DNA from: an archaeon
Lineage (GTDB): Archaea; Nanobdellota; Nanobdellia; Woesearchaeales; GW2011-AR15
Assembly (NCBI GenBank): GCA_018671515.1
Contig: JABHHN010000072.1
Coordinates: 1 to 57,057, forward strand
DNA length: 57,057 nucleotides
Direction of reading: 5' to 3'
How positions within the stretch are numbered: the stretch's first letter is position 1; each line of letters begins with the position of its first letter. The notes beneath the pieces are model-generated. The model worked only from the letters and a program-made list of their open reading frames with translations, made no database searches and was not told where the DNA came from. Positions 9,567 through 18,993 of the stretch are shown piece after piece. Made by a program: the position numbers and the translations under genes.

Positions 9567-10402
9567 AGGTAAAAGCACTTATTCCAACTGGACTTGGATT
9601 TAATTGTGAATATGAATCTGCAAAAGCTTTTGAGATGGCCGGCGCAGAATCTACTATAGTTGATATTAGAGATATTATTGATGGGGATGTAAATATATTT
9701 GATTATGATGTAATTATGTTAATTGGTGGTTTTTCTTATGGTGATGATTTAGGAAGTGGTAAAGCAATTGCAAATTTACTTAGATTCAAAAAAATAAATG
9801 GTGAGCGATTTATTGATCTGATTAAGAAGTTTGTAGTAGATGAAAAAAAAGTAGTTTTAGGAATATGTAATGGTTTTCAAGTACTAATTAAATTAGGAAT
9901 ATTGCCTGGATTTGATGAAAATTATGAAGATCAGAATTCTTCTTTGGCATTAAATGATTCAGGAAGATATGAAGATAGATGGGTTAATTTGAAATTCAAT
10001 AGTGAGAGTAATTGTATTGCAACCAAAGGAATTGATGAAATGTATATTCCTGTGAGACATGGTGAAGGAAAGATAATTGCAAATGATGATGTTATGGAAA
10101 AAATAATGGATAATAATCAATATATTGCACAATATATAAATCCTGAGACTAAAAAAATTGCAGTTAAATATCCGATAAATCCAAATGGATCTACAAATGC
10201 AATTGCTGGACTAAGTGATGAGACAGGAAGAATATTTGGTTTAATGCCACATCCAGAAGCAAATTTATTGTTTGAAAACCATCCGCATTGGACGAGATTA
10301 AAAAGAGATTATGAAGATAAAGGAATGAAAATTCCAGAACATGGAGATGGTTTGAAAATTTTTAAAAATATTGTAGAATATCTTGAAGGGGTGAAAAAAT
10401 GA
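9563..10402 (+). CDS. purQ: FGAM synthase glutaminase subunit
   Basis: GGFSYGDDL, GICNGFQ, HGEGK, NPNGS, GLMPHPE. Confidence 0.96.
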   Translation: MKVKALIPTGLGFNCEYESAKAFEMAGAESTIVDIRDIIDGDVNIFDYDVIMLIGGFSYGDDLGSGKAIANLLRFKKINGERFIDLIKKFVVDEKKVVLGICNGFQVLIKLGILPGFDENYEDQNSSLALNDSGRYEDRWVNLKFNSESNCIATKGIDEMYIPVRHGEGKIIANDDVMEKIMDNNQYIAQYINPETKKIAVKYPINPNGSTNAIAGLSDETGRIFGLMPHPEANLLFENHPHWTRLKRDYEDKGMKIPEHGDGLKIFKNIVEYLEGVKK

Positions 10403-10456
10403 TATCTGAGAAAAATTTATTTTTTCGAGATTTCATAATGAGACGGAGATGAAATT

Positions 10457-11431
10457 ATGATAAAAGAAGAAGTTATAATTGAACAGTTAGATAAGACATT
10501 AACAGAGACTGATTTTCTAGCACTTGGAAAAAAATACAGAGGAAAAGTCAGAGACAATTATATTATGGATGAAAAAGTATTCATGATTGCAACTGACAGG
10601 CAATCAGCATTTGACAGGATTCTTGCATCTGTGCCATTCAAAGGTCAAGTGCTTACACAGACATCAATATTTTGGTTTAATAAAACAAAAGATATTGTGC
10701 AGAATCATATGATAGATAATCCAGATCCAAATATTATGGTTTGCAAAAAATTAAATGTATTTCCTGTAGAATTTGTCGTGCGTGGATATATGACTGGTGT
10801 AACAAGCACAGCAGTCTGGACTGCATATGAAAATGGTGAGAGATTATTCTGTGGAAATGTCCTTCCTGAAGGGATGATAAAAAATCAGAAGTTTGATGAA
10901 GCAATTATAACTCCAACAACAAAATCAGATGAACATGATGAAAAAATATCAGCAGAAGAGGTAATAAGCAAGGGACTTATGACTAAGTCTCAATGGGATT
11001 ATGTTGCAGAAAAAGCACTTAAATTATTTAAGAGAGGAGAAGAAATTGCAGCACAGAATGGTCTTATCCTAGTTGATACCAAATATGAATTTGGTCATGA
11101 TGATAAAGGTAATATTTATTTAATTGATGAAATACATACACCTGATTCATCAAGATATTGGATAAAAGAATCATATGATAAAAAATTTACAGATGGTGAA
11201 GAACCAGATAATATTGATAAAGAATTTCTGAGATTATGGTTTAGAAAAAACTGTGATCCATACAAAGATGAAGTATTACCTGATGCACCACAAAATTTAG
11301 TTGTTGAATTAAGTAGAAGGTATATCATGCTTTATGAAAAAATAACTGGTCAAGAATTTTCATTATCATCTAATTTAGATACAACTGAAAGGATAAAAAA
11401 TAACCTAAAAACTGCAGGTTATTTAAATTAA
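10457..11431 (+). CDS. purC: SAICAR synthetase
   Basis: RGKVRD, TDRQSAFD, VDTKYEFG, DEIHTPDSSRYW, DKEFLR. Confidence 0.96.
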   Translation: MIKEEVIIEQLDKTLTETDFLALGKKYRGKVRDNYIMDEKVFMIATDRQSAFDRILASVPFKGQVLTQTSIFWFNKTKDIVQNHMIDNPDPNIMVCKKLNVFPVEFVVRGYMTGVTSTAVWTAYENGERLFCGNVLPEGMIKNQKFDEAIITPTTKSDEHDEKISAEEVISKGLMTKSQWDYVAEKALKLFKRGEEIAAQNGLILVDTKYEFGHDDKGNIYLIDEIHTPDSSRYWIKESYDKKFTDGEEPDNIDKEFLRLWFRKNCDPYKDEVLPDAPQNLVVELSRRYIMLYEKITGQEFSLSSNLDTTERIKNNLKTAGYLN

Positions 11432-11515
11432 AATTTATTTTGATTGGATAAAGGAGAAAATATTTCCTTTGAAAGTAAAATAAATTATAAAAAATAAATT
11501 ATTAGGGGAATTAAC

Positions 11516-13042
11516 ATGATATTGATATTAAATTTTGGTTCACAACTGACACATCTTATCGCAAGAAGATTTAGAGAATTAGGTGTATATTCAGAAATTA
11601 AATTACCATATGACGTTACAGATTCAGAATTAGATAAATGTGATGCAATTGTTTTATCTGGTGGTCCAAATGATGTCAATGCAGAATCAATAACTTTCAA
11701 TAAATATGTATTTTCATGTGGCAAACCTATTCTTGGGATCTGTTATGGTCATCAGATAATTGCACATCAATTTGGAGGGTCAGTTGTTTCAAGTGATAGC
11801 AGTGAGTATGGAGAAACTAAATTAGTAGTATTAGAAAAAACAGGACTTTTTGAAGGTCTTAATAATGATGAGATCGTATGGATGAATCATGGTGATACAA
11901 TAGGACAACCACCAGTTGGGTTTAAGACAATAGGTACATCACCTGACTGTAAACATGCTGCCTTTGTAAATGAAGAAAAAAATATTTATTCTGTTTTATT
12001 TCATCCAGAAGTTCATCATACAAAACATGGTATGGAAATATTTGAAAATTTCATAAATCTTTGTGATATTAAAAAAGACTGGAAAGTTGAAGAACAAAAA
12101 GATAGATTAATTGATGAAATTAAAACATTAGTTGGTGAAGAGTCTGTTGTTATGGGTGTTTCTGGTGGTGTTGATTCTTTAGTTGGTTCATTTTTAATTG
12201 AAAGGGCAATTGGTAAAAGAGTTTTCTGTGTTTATGTTGATACAGGACTTATGCGAAAAGATGAAACACAATTTGTCAAGGAAATGTACGATGAATTAGG
12301 TTTTGATAATTTTGAAGTTGTTGATGCATCATCATTATTTTTAGGAAAATTAAAAGGTGTAACTGATCCTGAAGAGAAGAGAAAAATAATTGGACATACT
12401 TTCATTGAAGTTTTTGAAAAGGAAGTTGAAAAGTTAAAAGAACAGAATTTTCATATTAAATTCTTAGGTCAGGGTACAATATACCCTGATAGGATTGAAA
12501 GTGCTGCACCATCAAAAACTGCAGACAAGATAAAGAGTCATCATAATTTGACTTTGCCTGAAAAGATGAGTCTTAAATTAGTTGAACCACTTTCTGATTT
12601 GTATAAGGATGAAGTTAGGTTGTTGGGTAAAGAGTTAGGGATTAAAAAGGAATTTTTGGATAGACATCCATTTCCAGGTCCAGGTCTTGCAATCAGGATT
12701 TTAGGTGATATTGATGAAGAGAAATTAGTTATTTTGCGTGAAGCAGATGATATTTTTATTTCTGAATTAAAATCATCTGGTGAATATAAAAACACATGGC
12801 AGGCTTTGGCAGCACTTATTCCTGTAAAGACAGTTGGTGTTATGGGTGACCATAGGACTTATGAATATATGATTGCACTGCGTGCTGTAACAAGTATGGA
12901 TGCGATGACTGCTGATTGGGCAAAACTTCCAAATGATTTATTACAGAGGATTTCTAATAGAATAATTAATGAAGTTAAGGGTGTGAATAGAGTTGTCTAT
13001 GACATTACTCAGAAACCACCTGGTACAATTGAGTATGAGTGA
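11516..13042 (+). CDS. guaA: GMP synthase (fused GATase + ATP pyrophosphatase)
   Basis: GICYGHQ, FHPEV, SGGVDS, IKSHHN, RHPFPGPGL, KPPGTIEYE. Confidence 0.98.
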   Translation: MILILNFGSQLTHLIARRFRELGVYSEIKLPYDVTDSELDKCDAIVLSGGPNDVNAESITFNKYVFSCGKPILGICYGHQIIAHQFGGSVVSSDSSEYGETKLVVLEKTGLFEGLNNDEIVWMNHGDTIGQPPVGFKTIGTSPDCKHAAFVNEEKNIYSVLFHPEVHHTKHGMEIFENFINLCDIKKDWKVEEQKDRLIDEIKTLVGEESVVMGVSGGVDSLVGSFLIERAIGKRVFCVYVDTGLMRKDETQFVKEMYDELGFDNFEVVDASSLFLGKLKGVTDPEEKRKIIGHTFIEVFEKEVEKLKEQNFHIKFLGQGTIYPDRIESAAPSKTADKIKSHHNLTLPEKMSLKLVEPLSDLYKDEVRLLGKELGIKKEFLDRHPFPGPGLAIRILGDIDEEKLVILREADDIFISELKSSGEYKNTWQALAALIPVKTVGVMGDHRTYEYMIALRAVTSMDAMTADWAKLPNDLLQRISNRIINEVKGVNRVVYDITQKPPGTIEYE

Positions 13043-13052
13043 GGTTTTTATG

Positions 13053-13120
13053 GGACACCAAAAATCCATTTTGGATTTTTTCGTGTAACGCAAAAGTCCC
13101 TTGGAACTATTGGATATGGG
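13053..13120. repeat. Palindromic intergenic element related to 487-540
   Basis: GACACC-AAAAATCCA-TTT-TGGATTTTT-TC-GTGT hairpin; resembles the reverse complement of 487-540. Confidence 0.45.
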
Positions 13121-13169
13121 TGAGGTTTTAGAAATATTTATATATTACGTTGTATTACAATAGCATACA

Positions 13170-13436
13170 ATGGAAATAGTTACAGTTAGATTTCAAGAAG
13201 ATATACTAAAAAAAATAGATAAGAATCTTTTCACACATAATTATAATTCTAGGACTGAATTTATTAGAGAAGCAGTTAGAGATAAATTATCTAACTTAAA
13301 TAGGGATGAACTTGTTGAAGAATTTTTAAAGTTTAAAGGAAAAGCAAAAAAGAAAACTACGTATGAAGAAAATAGAGAAACTAAAAAAGAAGTAAGTAAA
13401 GAGTTAATGGCAGAATTAGAAAAAAGATTTAGTTAA
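13170..13436 (+). CDS. Ribbon-helix-helix (CopG/NikR-like) protein, probable antitoxin
   Basis: MEIVTVRF...SRTEFIREAVRDKL; TATA box TTTATATA about 30 bp upstream. Confidence 0.85.
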   Translation: MEIVTVRFQEDILKKIDKNLFTHNYNSRTEFIREAVRDKLSNLNRDELVEEFLKFKGKAKKKTTYEENRETKKEVSKELMAELEKRFS

Positions 13437-13854
13437 TTTCTTCAGGTTTTTTTGTATTAGTAATATCATTTAGATCTTTTAAAAAATGCATATCTTGTGA
13501 AATCATTATTGCTTTATGGTTCCTTGCTTGAATTGCATTGATACAATCAACTAAAGGAATGTTTATGTTATTAGATAATTTTTTTGCTTCTTGAAATTCT
13601 TCTTTTTTAATATTAATTTTCGTTAAAACTTTGCATAGATCTAGAAAATTTAACATTTCATTAATTTCTCTTTCTGAATAATCTTTTTTCATTTCCCAAA
13701 ATAGTGTTTCAGAAAATACAATTTTGTCTTTATTTTTTAGAATCTTCATAAATAAATTTGATGCATATTTACCTAATGGTCTTCCAGTTTTTCCAAATCT
13801 ATCTTCATAAAAATCTCTCCATATACATGTATCAAGAAAATATTTAGTAGTCAT
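13429..13854 (-). CDS. PIN-domain (VapC-like) nuclease
   Basis: YFLDTCIWRD, PLVDCINA, ISQDMHF acidic PIN motifs. Confidence 0.85.
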   Translation of the reverse strand: MTTKYFLDTCIWRDFYEDRFGKTGRPLGKYASNLFMKILKNKDKIVFSETLFWEMKKDYSEREINEMLNFLDLCKVLTKINIKKEEFQEAKKLSNNINIPLVDCINAIQARNHKAIMISQDMHFLKDLNDITNTKKPEEIN

Positions 13855-14041
13855 TTTTAATAAAGGATTCACCAATATTAATAAATTTATTGACGAGAAA
13901 ATATCTAGTCATTTGAAATTATCACTTTAATAATTTATTTTTTTTGTACATTTCTTTTATTTGAGAACCTTTATAACCTTAGGACGCTTATTTAATATTA
14001 TTGGGACGTGAGATACAATTAAGAAAATAAATAAGGATGAA

Positions 14042-14614
14042 TTGAATTTAGATCCCTTTTCAAATATGAAAAAAGCTGCACGAAATAGGAAAGTGAACCT
14101 TACAGGAAATGAGAAAAAAGTACTTATGAAGATAATTGAAGAAGGAAGGATTGCTGATACTGAAATGGCAAAATCCATGAATATTTCTCAACAAGGTATA
14201 TTTAGGATAAGAAGAAAGCTTGAAGATTTGGGAGTAATTGAGGGATATTATCCACTTATTAATTTTAAAAAAATAGGTATAAATCTTATTCAAGTTATGG
14301 GAATAAAGCTTAATCCTATTGTCTGGAAATCTATGAAAGAATCTGAGATTTCAGAGAGATTTAGAAAAATACCTTATATTTTTCATGCGTATAGGATAAC
14401 TGGTTATGATATAACATATATGTTGACGCTTGGATTTAAAGATATACATCAAAAAGACAGGTTCATGAAAAAATTGGAAACTATTTTTGTAGATCAGATG
14501 GAAATAAAATGGTCATATAATTTTTCGGTTGAAAATATAGTAACTCTTGATCCATTAAGTCTGTTATATGATTCAATTGCTGAAAATGAATACGTATTTG
14601 ATAAATTGCTCTAA
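14042..14614 (+). CDS. Lrp/AsnC family transcriptional regulator (start could be ATG 14066)
   Basis: wHTH EKKVLMKI...RIRRKLEDLGVIEGY followed by RAM-like YRITGYDITY. Confidence 0.85.
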   Translation: MNLDPFSNMKKAARNRKVNLTGNEKKVLMKIIEEGRIADTEMAKSMNISQQGIFRIRRKLEDLGVIEGYYPLINFKKIGINLIQVMGIKLNPIVWKSMKESEISERFRKIPYIFHAYRITGYDITYMLTLGFKDIHQKDRFMKKLETIFVDQMEIKWSYNFSVENIVTLDPLSLLYDSIAENEYVFDKLL

Positions 14615-14705
14615 TGTTTTAGAGAGTGTATATTACAACTATTTTTACATAATACATTCTAATTTACTATAACAGACTTATATAGAATGAAGTAAAGGTA
14701 TAATT

Positions 14706-14825
14706 ATGGAAAATTATAAGAAAATTATAACAGAATGTAGATTTTGTAAAGAAAATATAAAAAATAAGTTTGTTGTCAATGGGTTGATTATTACATGTCC
14801 ATATTGTAATAAACCACAAGAGTAA
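14706..14825 (+). CDS. 39-aa zinc-ribbon microprotein (below the ORF-track cutoff)
   Basis: MENYKKIITECRFCKENIKNKFVVNGLIITCPYCNKPQE: CxxC...CPYC; AAGGT upstream. Confidence 0.65.
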   Translation: MENYKKIITECRFCKENIKNKFVVNGLIITCPYCNKPQE

Positions 14826-14843
14826 GATTTACAGGGATAAAAT

Positions 14844-15050
14844 ATGACGAAAAGAAAACGAATGAATTCATTTAAATCAAGATTTGGCAAATTGGAAAAA
14901 CCTTATTATAAGATGGTTTCAAAATGTAGAAATTGCAAAAAATCCTTCGTTGTTGATAGAACCTCAAAATTATTTTCTGCCAAGTATTTTTGCGAATTAT
15001 GCAATTTAAAATATATTAAAAAATCAAAAGAAATTGATTTGGCAACTTAG
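14844..15050 (+). CDS. Small basic zinc-ribbon protein
   Basis: CRNC...CELC; AGGGA upstream. Confidence 0.65.
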   Translation: MTKRKRMNSFKSRFGKLEKPYYKMVSKCRNCKKSFVVDRTSKLFSAKYFCELCNLKYIKKSKEIDLAT

Positions 15051-15446
15051 TTTAATTTCTTTTTTGGAAAAATATTCTTATTTTTGCTTTTGAGTAAACT
15101 ACAAGTAGAGATAGAGAAAATGGTTTAGTTTACTAGAATATCCTTATATATGTATTTACCTTAATTATTTTTATGACACAAATATATGAGGAAAAATTAA
15201 ATTCACTTAGGTACAAAATTGTGGCATATAAGATTTGGAATGAATAGTAGGTATCAGCTGTGTCCTGCACAGTATCAGCCAAGTATTGGGCTGATTTTCA
15301 AATCGCCACCAAAAATCCCAATATAAGTGAAGAAGTATATTCATTTCCAGCTGCGTTGCAGATTTGGTTTGGATGCTTTAGTTTGGGATTACTATTTTTA
15401 ATTAATATTCATATTTTAAATAAATAATCAGATAAGGAAAAAAATA

Positions 15447-15797
15447 ATGACAATTACAGAATCACAATTTGAAATGGGAAGAAGAGATGTCTTAAAAAGA
15501 GATTTTCATAAAAGTGGAAATTATAGGGATGAAGGTTAGAGTTGGTCAGGTAATTCAAAAAAATATGATTATTCTGATTCAACAGAAACCAATGAAAATG
15601 ATGAGGGATATACATTCAAGATACACATGTCCCAACTTTCACTAGATAAATTGAAAATAAAGCCAACTAAAAATTATATTACAGTTCAATCAAATAAGAA
15701 AACTATATTTATCAAATTTGATAAAATGATCAGACCTGAGACAATATTTGTAACAATCAAAGGAAGCATGCTGGTAATTAATGTAAAAAAAGAATAA
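15447..15797 (+). pseudogene. Hsp20/alpha-crystallin-like gene with in-frame TAG at 15537
   Basis: Frame continues after the TAG with ETNENDEGYTFKIHM...KMIRPETIFVTIKGSMLVINVKKE, resembling the small heat-shock beta-sandwich pattern. Confidence 0.45.
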
Positions 15798-15894
15798 TTG
15801 AATGCCAATATGTGATTAATAGTTTTCTTTTATTATGCGTTTATAACAAATATAAAATCAAATAGAAATAGCGAGAGCTATAGGGAAAATAAAA

Positions 15895-16029
15895 ATGGGA
15901 AATATAGGTAGCTATGACAGAAGAAATGATTATTCTTGTCCAGAGGATGAAAAACAAAATAATCTACTTACATCTATTTTTGAGTTTTTAGATGTGATTG
16001 TTAAAGCAATATTTAAAGAGGGTGAATAA
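15895..16029 (+). CDS. 44-aa hypothetical microprotein
   Basis: MGNIGSYDRRNDYSCPEDEKQNNLLTSIFEFLDVIVKAIFKEGE; AGGGA upstream; its end carries the SD of the next ORF. Confidence 0.4.
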   Translation: MGNIGSYDRRNDYSCPEDEKQNNLLTSIFEFLDVIVKAIFKEGE

Positions 16030-16030
16030 A

Positions 16031-16135
16031 ATGATATGTGAAATAAACTATCAAGAATTTGAGAAAGTATTTTCAGGTATTGTAGAACCTGATGTAATTA
16101 ATGGAATTTATTTTAAAGAATTTATGGATGAATGA
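16031..16135 (+). CDS. 34-aa hypothetical microprotein
   Basis: MICEINYQEFEKVFSGIVEPDVINGIYFKEFMDE; SD GAGGGTGA. Confidence 0.4.
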   Translation: MICEINYQEFEKVFSGIVEPDVINGIYFKEFMDE

Positions 16136-16212
16136 AAATAGATTATTATATATGTTTAAAATAAATATGTTTGAAGTTAATTTTTTATATAACATATTTT
16201 ATTATTATATCT

Positions 16213-16485
16213 ATGAGTAAACATTTTGAGATAATACAAATTGCAAGAGTATCAGAATTTAAATTAGCTATTGGTGGACCTGCAATAGTTGCATCATTTA
16301 AGCCAAAATCTAAAGCAGCTATTTATTTATTCAATTCAAATGCAAAAATTATTTGGTTGGAAAGATTAGACAGAACATTTATTAAAAATACTAAAGCTAG
16401 TATTAATAAAATCCTTGGTAGGGAGCCAAGAGGATATACTTTAGATATAAATGAAGGAGCTTTTGTATTATTTGTATTAGATTGA
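16213..16485 (+). CDS. Hypothetical protein
   Basis: Open frame with genome-typical codon usage; no motif recognised. Confidence 0.55.
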   Translation: MSKHFEIIQIARVSEFKLAIGGPAIVASFKPKSKAAIYLFNSNAKIIWLERLDRTFIKNTKASINKILGREPRGYTLDINEGAFVLFVLD

Positions 16486-16565
16486 TATTCTTATATGATT
16501 TATGAAATTAATTTTTTTTGAAATATAGAAAGTAATTTAATGCATTCTTCTTTTTGTTTTAATTG

Positions 16566-17021
16566 ATGTCACTTCCATTAATAATTGATAAAAATACAAC
16601 ACTGCTTATTTTAGGTTCATATCCTAGTGTCATGTCGCTTCGTAAGAAAGAATATTATGCTAATCCATCAAATGATTTTTGGCGGATAATCTCATTTGTT
16701 ATTGATTTTGATATTGAATGGAAATGGTATGATGATAAGATAAAAATTATTCTAAAACATAAGATTGGATTATGGGATGTTTATAAGGAAGCAGACAGAG
16801 AAGGGAGTAAGGATGTTGCAATAAAAGGATTTATTCCTAATGATTTTTCGGTTTTAAAAAATCACAATGTTAAGAATATATTATGTGCTGGAAAGGAAGC
16901 ATATAGATCATTTGAAAAGTTAAAGGTTGGAATTCCATTTCATTATCTTCCTAGTACGAGTGCGGCGAATAGGATTACATCAAAAGAAGAAAAGGCTGAG
17001 ATTATTAAGAAGTTTCTTTAG
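16566..17021 (+). CDS. Uracil-DNA glycosylase superfamily, DNA-deoxyinosine glycosylase-like
   Basis: LILGSYPSVMSL, YYANPSNDFW, IGLWDV, LPSTSAAN. Confidence 0.88.
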   Translation: MSLPLIIDKNTTLLILGSYPSVMSLRKKEYYANPSNDFWRIISFVIDFDIEWKWYDDKIKIILKHKIGLWDVYKEADREGSKDVAIKGFIPNDFSVLKNHNVKNILCAGKEAYRSFEKLKVGIPFHYLPSTSAANRITSKEEKAEIIKKFL

Positions 17022-17038
17022 TTTTTTTTTTATCTAAT

Positions 17039-17908
17039 TCAATTTAATTCATTAATAATTTTAAACGTATCTTTATCAAATTTTGAGAATGCAAACCACT
17101 TTTTTCCTAAATCTTTAAGAGATGCTCCAATATGATATACTTCTTTATCATCAATAATTAAAAACCTATCATGAGATTTTGAAAATTTTTTAACAATTAT
17201 ATTTTCATACTGAGAATTATATTTATCTAAATCTAGTTTTAATTGTTTTGTAATATTTTTGGTATAAATTATAACAGATACATTTTTTTCTTTTTTGGTA
17301 AATAATGTTAAAACTGTATCATCAACATAATTATCAACAAGTACTATTGATTTTTTTGCAAATCTTATTTAATCAGAAATAAATTTGTATGCATCAAATA
17401 TTTGTCCATCAAAAAATATTCCTTTTTTTGGTTTTATTTCTTTGTTTTCTATTAGCTTAAAAATTTGTTCAAATTTACTGTCATGTTTCAATAATTTTTG
17501 TTCAACATTATCTATTCTTTGAAAAATTTGTGCATTTCTTTTTAAAATTTTTCTCATTATGATAAATGCTCTCATTATTTGGATATTTATTTCAATTGCT
17601 TTTTTACTTTTCAAAATTCCTGAAAGCATTGCTACTCCTTGTTCTGTAAAAACATAAGGTAAATATTTTCTGTGTATTCCTCTACCTTTTTCAAAGGTCG
17701 CAAATTGCGACCTTAAAGAATTATATTCAAAAGTTGTTAATTGAAACATAAAATCTTTTGGAAATCGTCGACTATTTCTTTTTACTTGCTCATTTAATCT
17801 TTTTGTTTTAACTTCATATAATTTAGATAAATCTCTATCAAGAATCACTTGTTTTCCTCTAATTGTATGAATTAGTGTATTAAAATTATTTTTTTCTAAA
17901 TTTACCAT
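17039..17908 (-). pseudogene. ORF6N (KilA-N-like) DNA-binding protein with PLD-like C-terminal domain, interrupted by TAA at 17369-17371
   Basis: IRGKQVILDRDLSKLY, LPYVFTEQGVAMLS; the same frame continues past the stop: IRFAKKSIVLVDNY...SHDRFLIIDDKEVYHIGASLKDLGKKWFAFSK. Confidence 0.85.
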
Positions 17909-17953
17909 GTTTATTATTATCAATTAAAATTGAGATATTATTGTATTTAAATA

Positions 17954-17977
17954 TAATCTGTGAGAAGTTGTCCAGTG
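17954..17977. repeat. 24-bp direct repeat, copy 1
   Basis: TAATCTGTGAGAAGTTGTCCAGTG, identical to 18384-18407. Confidence 0.95.
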
Positions 17978-18044
17978 ATTAGTTTAATTAAATATTATTA
18001 TATTAGAACTATTTATATATTACTAAGTATTACTAAATAATACG

Positions 18045-18302
18045 GTGGAAGCAATTAGTCTTAAATTAGATGATGGGTTTTTAGTAGATATAGAAAAAAC
18101 CATGAAGCAGCATAGATATACAACAAAAACAGAATTTATAAGAGAAGCAATCCGTGACAAAATAAAACAGTTAGAAAAAGAAGAGGCTTTACTTAAATTA
18201 GGAAAAATTTATGGTGCTTCAAAGAGAAAAACTACTGATGATAATCTTAAAAAAGCAAAAAAATTAGCATTTGAAGATTTAGAAAAAGAATTTAATCTTT
18301 GA
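18045..18302 (+). CDS. Ribbon-helix-helix protein, paralog of 13170-13436
   Basis: MEAISLKL...TKTEFIREAIRDKI; TATA box and TATTACT repeats upstream. Confidence 0.85.
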   Translation: MEAISLKLDDGFLVDIEKTMKQHRYTTKTEFIREAIRDKIKQLEKEEALLKLGKIYGASKRKTTDDNLKKAKKLAFEDLEKEFNL

Positions 18303-18384
18303 TGAAATATTCTGGAAGTTTAGCTTTTGTTATGTCTTTTAGTGAATCAAAATCATTATCTCTTGCTATTAATTGCATATCATT
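18292..18384 (-). pseudogene. C-terminal remnant of a PIN-domain gene
   Basis: NDMQLIARDNDFDSLKDITKAKLPEYFIKD aligns with NHKAIMISQDMHFLKDLNDITNTKKPEEIN of 13429-13854; same convergent overlap with an RHH gene. Confidence 0.7.
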
Positions 18385-18407
18385 AATCTGTGAGAAGTTG
18401 TCCAGTG
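18384..18407. repeat. 24-bp direct repeat, copy 2
   Basis: Identical to 17954-17977; coincides with the PIN truncation point. Confidence 0.95.
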
Positions 18408-18697
18408 TTAGATTATGTATAAATATTAAGAATACACATACATTATTCTAATTCATAAATAAATTCATCTTAACAAAAAAACTGAAAACTATATTTTAAT
18501 TTAGTATAGATTAAATTCATTATTTCAAAAACCATATTTACCAATCCTTATATGCAATTTTCTAAATCCTTTTTAATACAATTATCTTAATTATATTTTA
18601 GTAGACGAGAGGGGCTTTTATTGATGAAAAAGGAAATTTATAGAGAGTACCGAGAGGTATGCTCTATAAATATAATGCAAAAAAGAGGTGTGAAAAA

Positions 18698-18805
18698 ATG
18701 AATGAAGACAAATGTGAAATAGTATGTGATGAAATAAATAGTTTTTTGAGTTTTGAAAATAAAAAATGGATAGAAAAATCAAAATTTGTTAAATTACTAG
18801 AATGA
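18698..18805 (+). CDS. 35-aa hypothetical microprotein, coupled to a 25-aa ORF at 18624-18701
   Basis: SD AGAGGTG, ATGA overlap; MNEDKCEIVCDEINSFLSFENKKWIEKSKFVKLLE. Confidence 0.35.
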   Translation: MNEDKCEIVCDEINSFLSFENKKWIEKSKFVKLLE

Positions 18806-18993
18806 ATATTTATTTTTATTTTATTTAAATTTCTTTTTAAGAACTTTAATTGAATTATTAGTTCAATTAATATTTTAAATGTAGACGTATTTACTAATTA
18901 TTGGGGTCTGATTTAAATGAAATACAAATTAAAAAAACAATCACCAACAATCACTTTACTATTGGCTACTAAAATAATCGAGAGGTGTTTAAT

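Noticed and set aside
15174-15423. Possible degraded membrane-protein gene
   Set aside because: Two adjacent TAG stops and no recognisable homology; cannot be supported
17954-18407. CRISPR array
   Set aside because: Only two repeats 430 bp apart and no cas genes; no regular repeat-spacer array seen anywhere in the window
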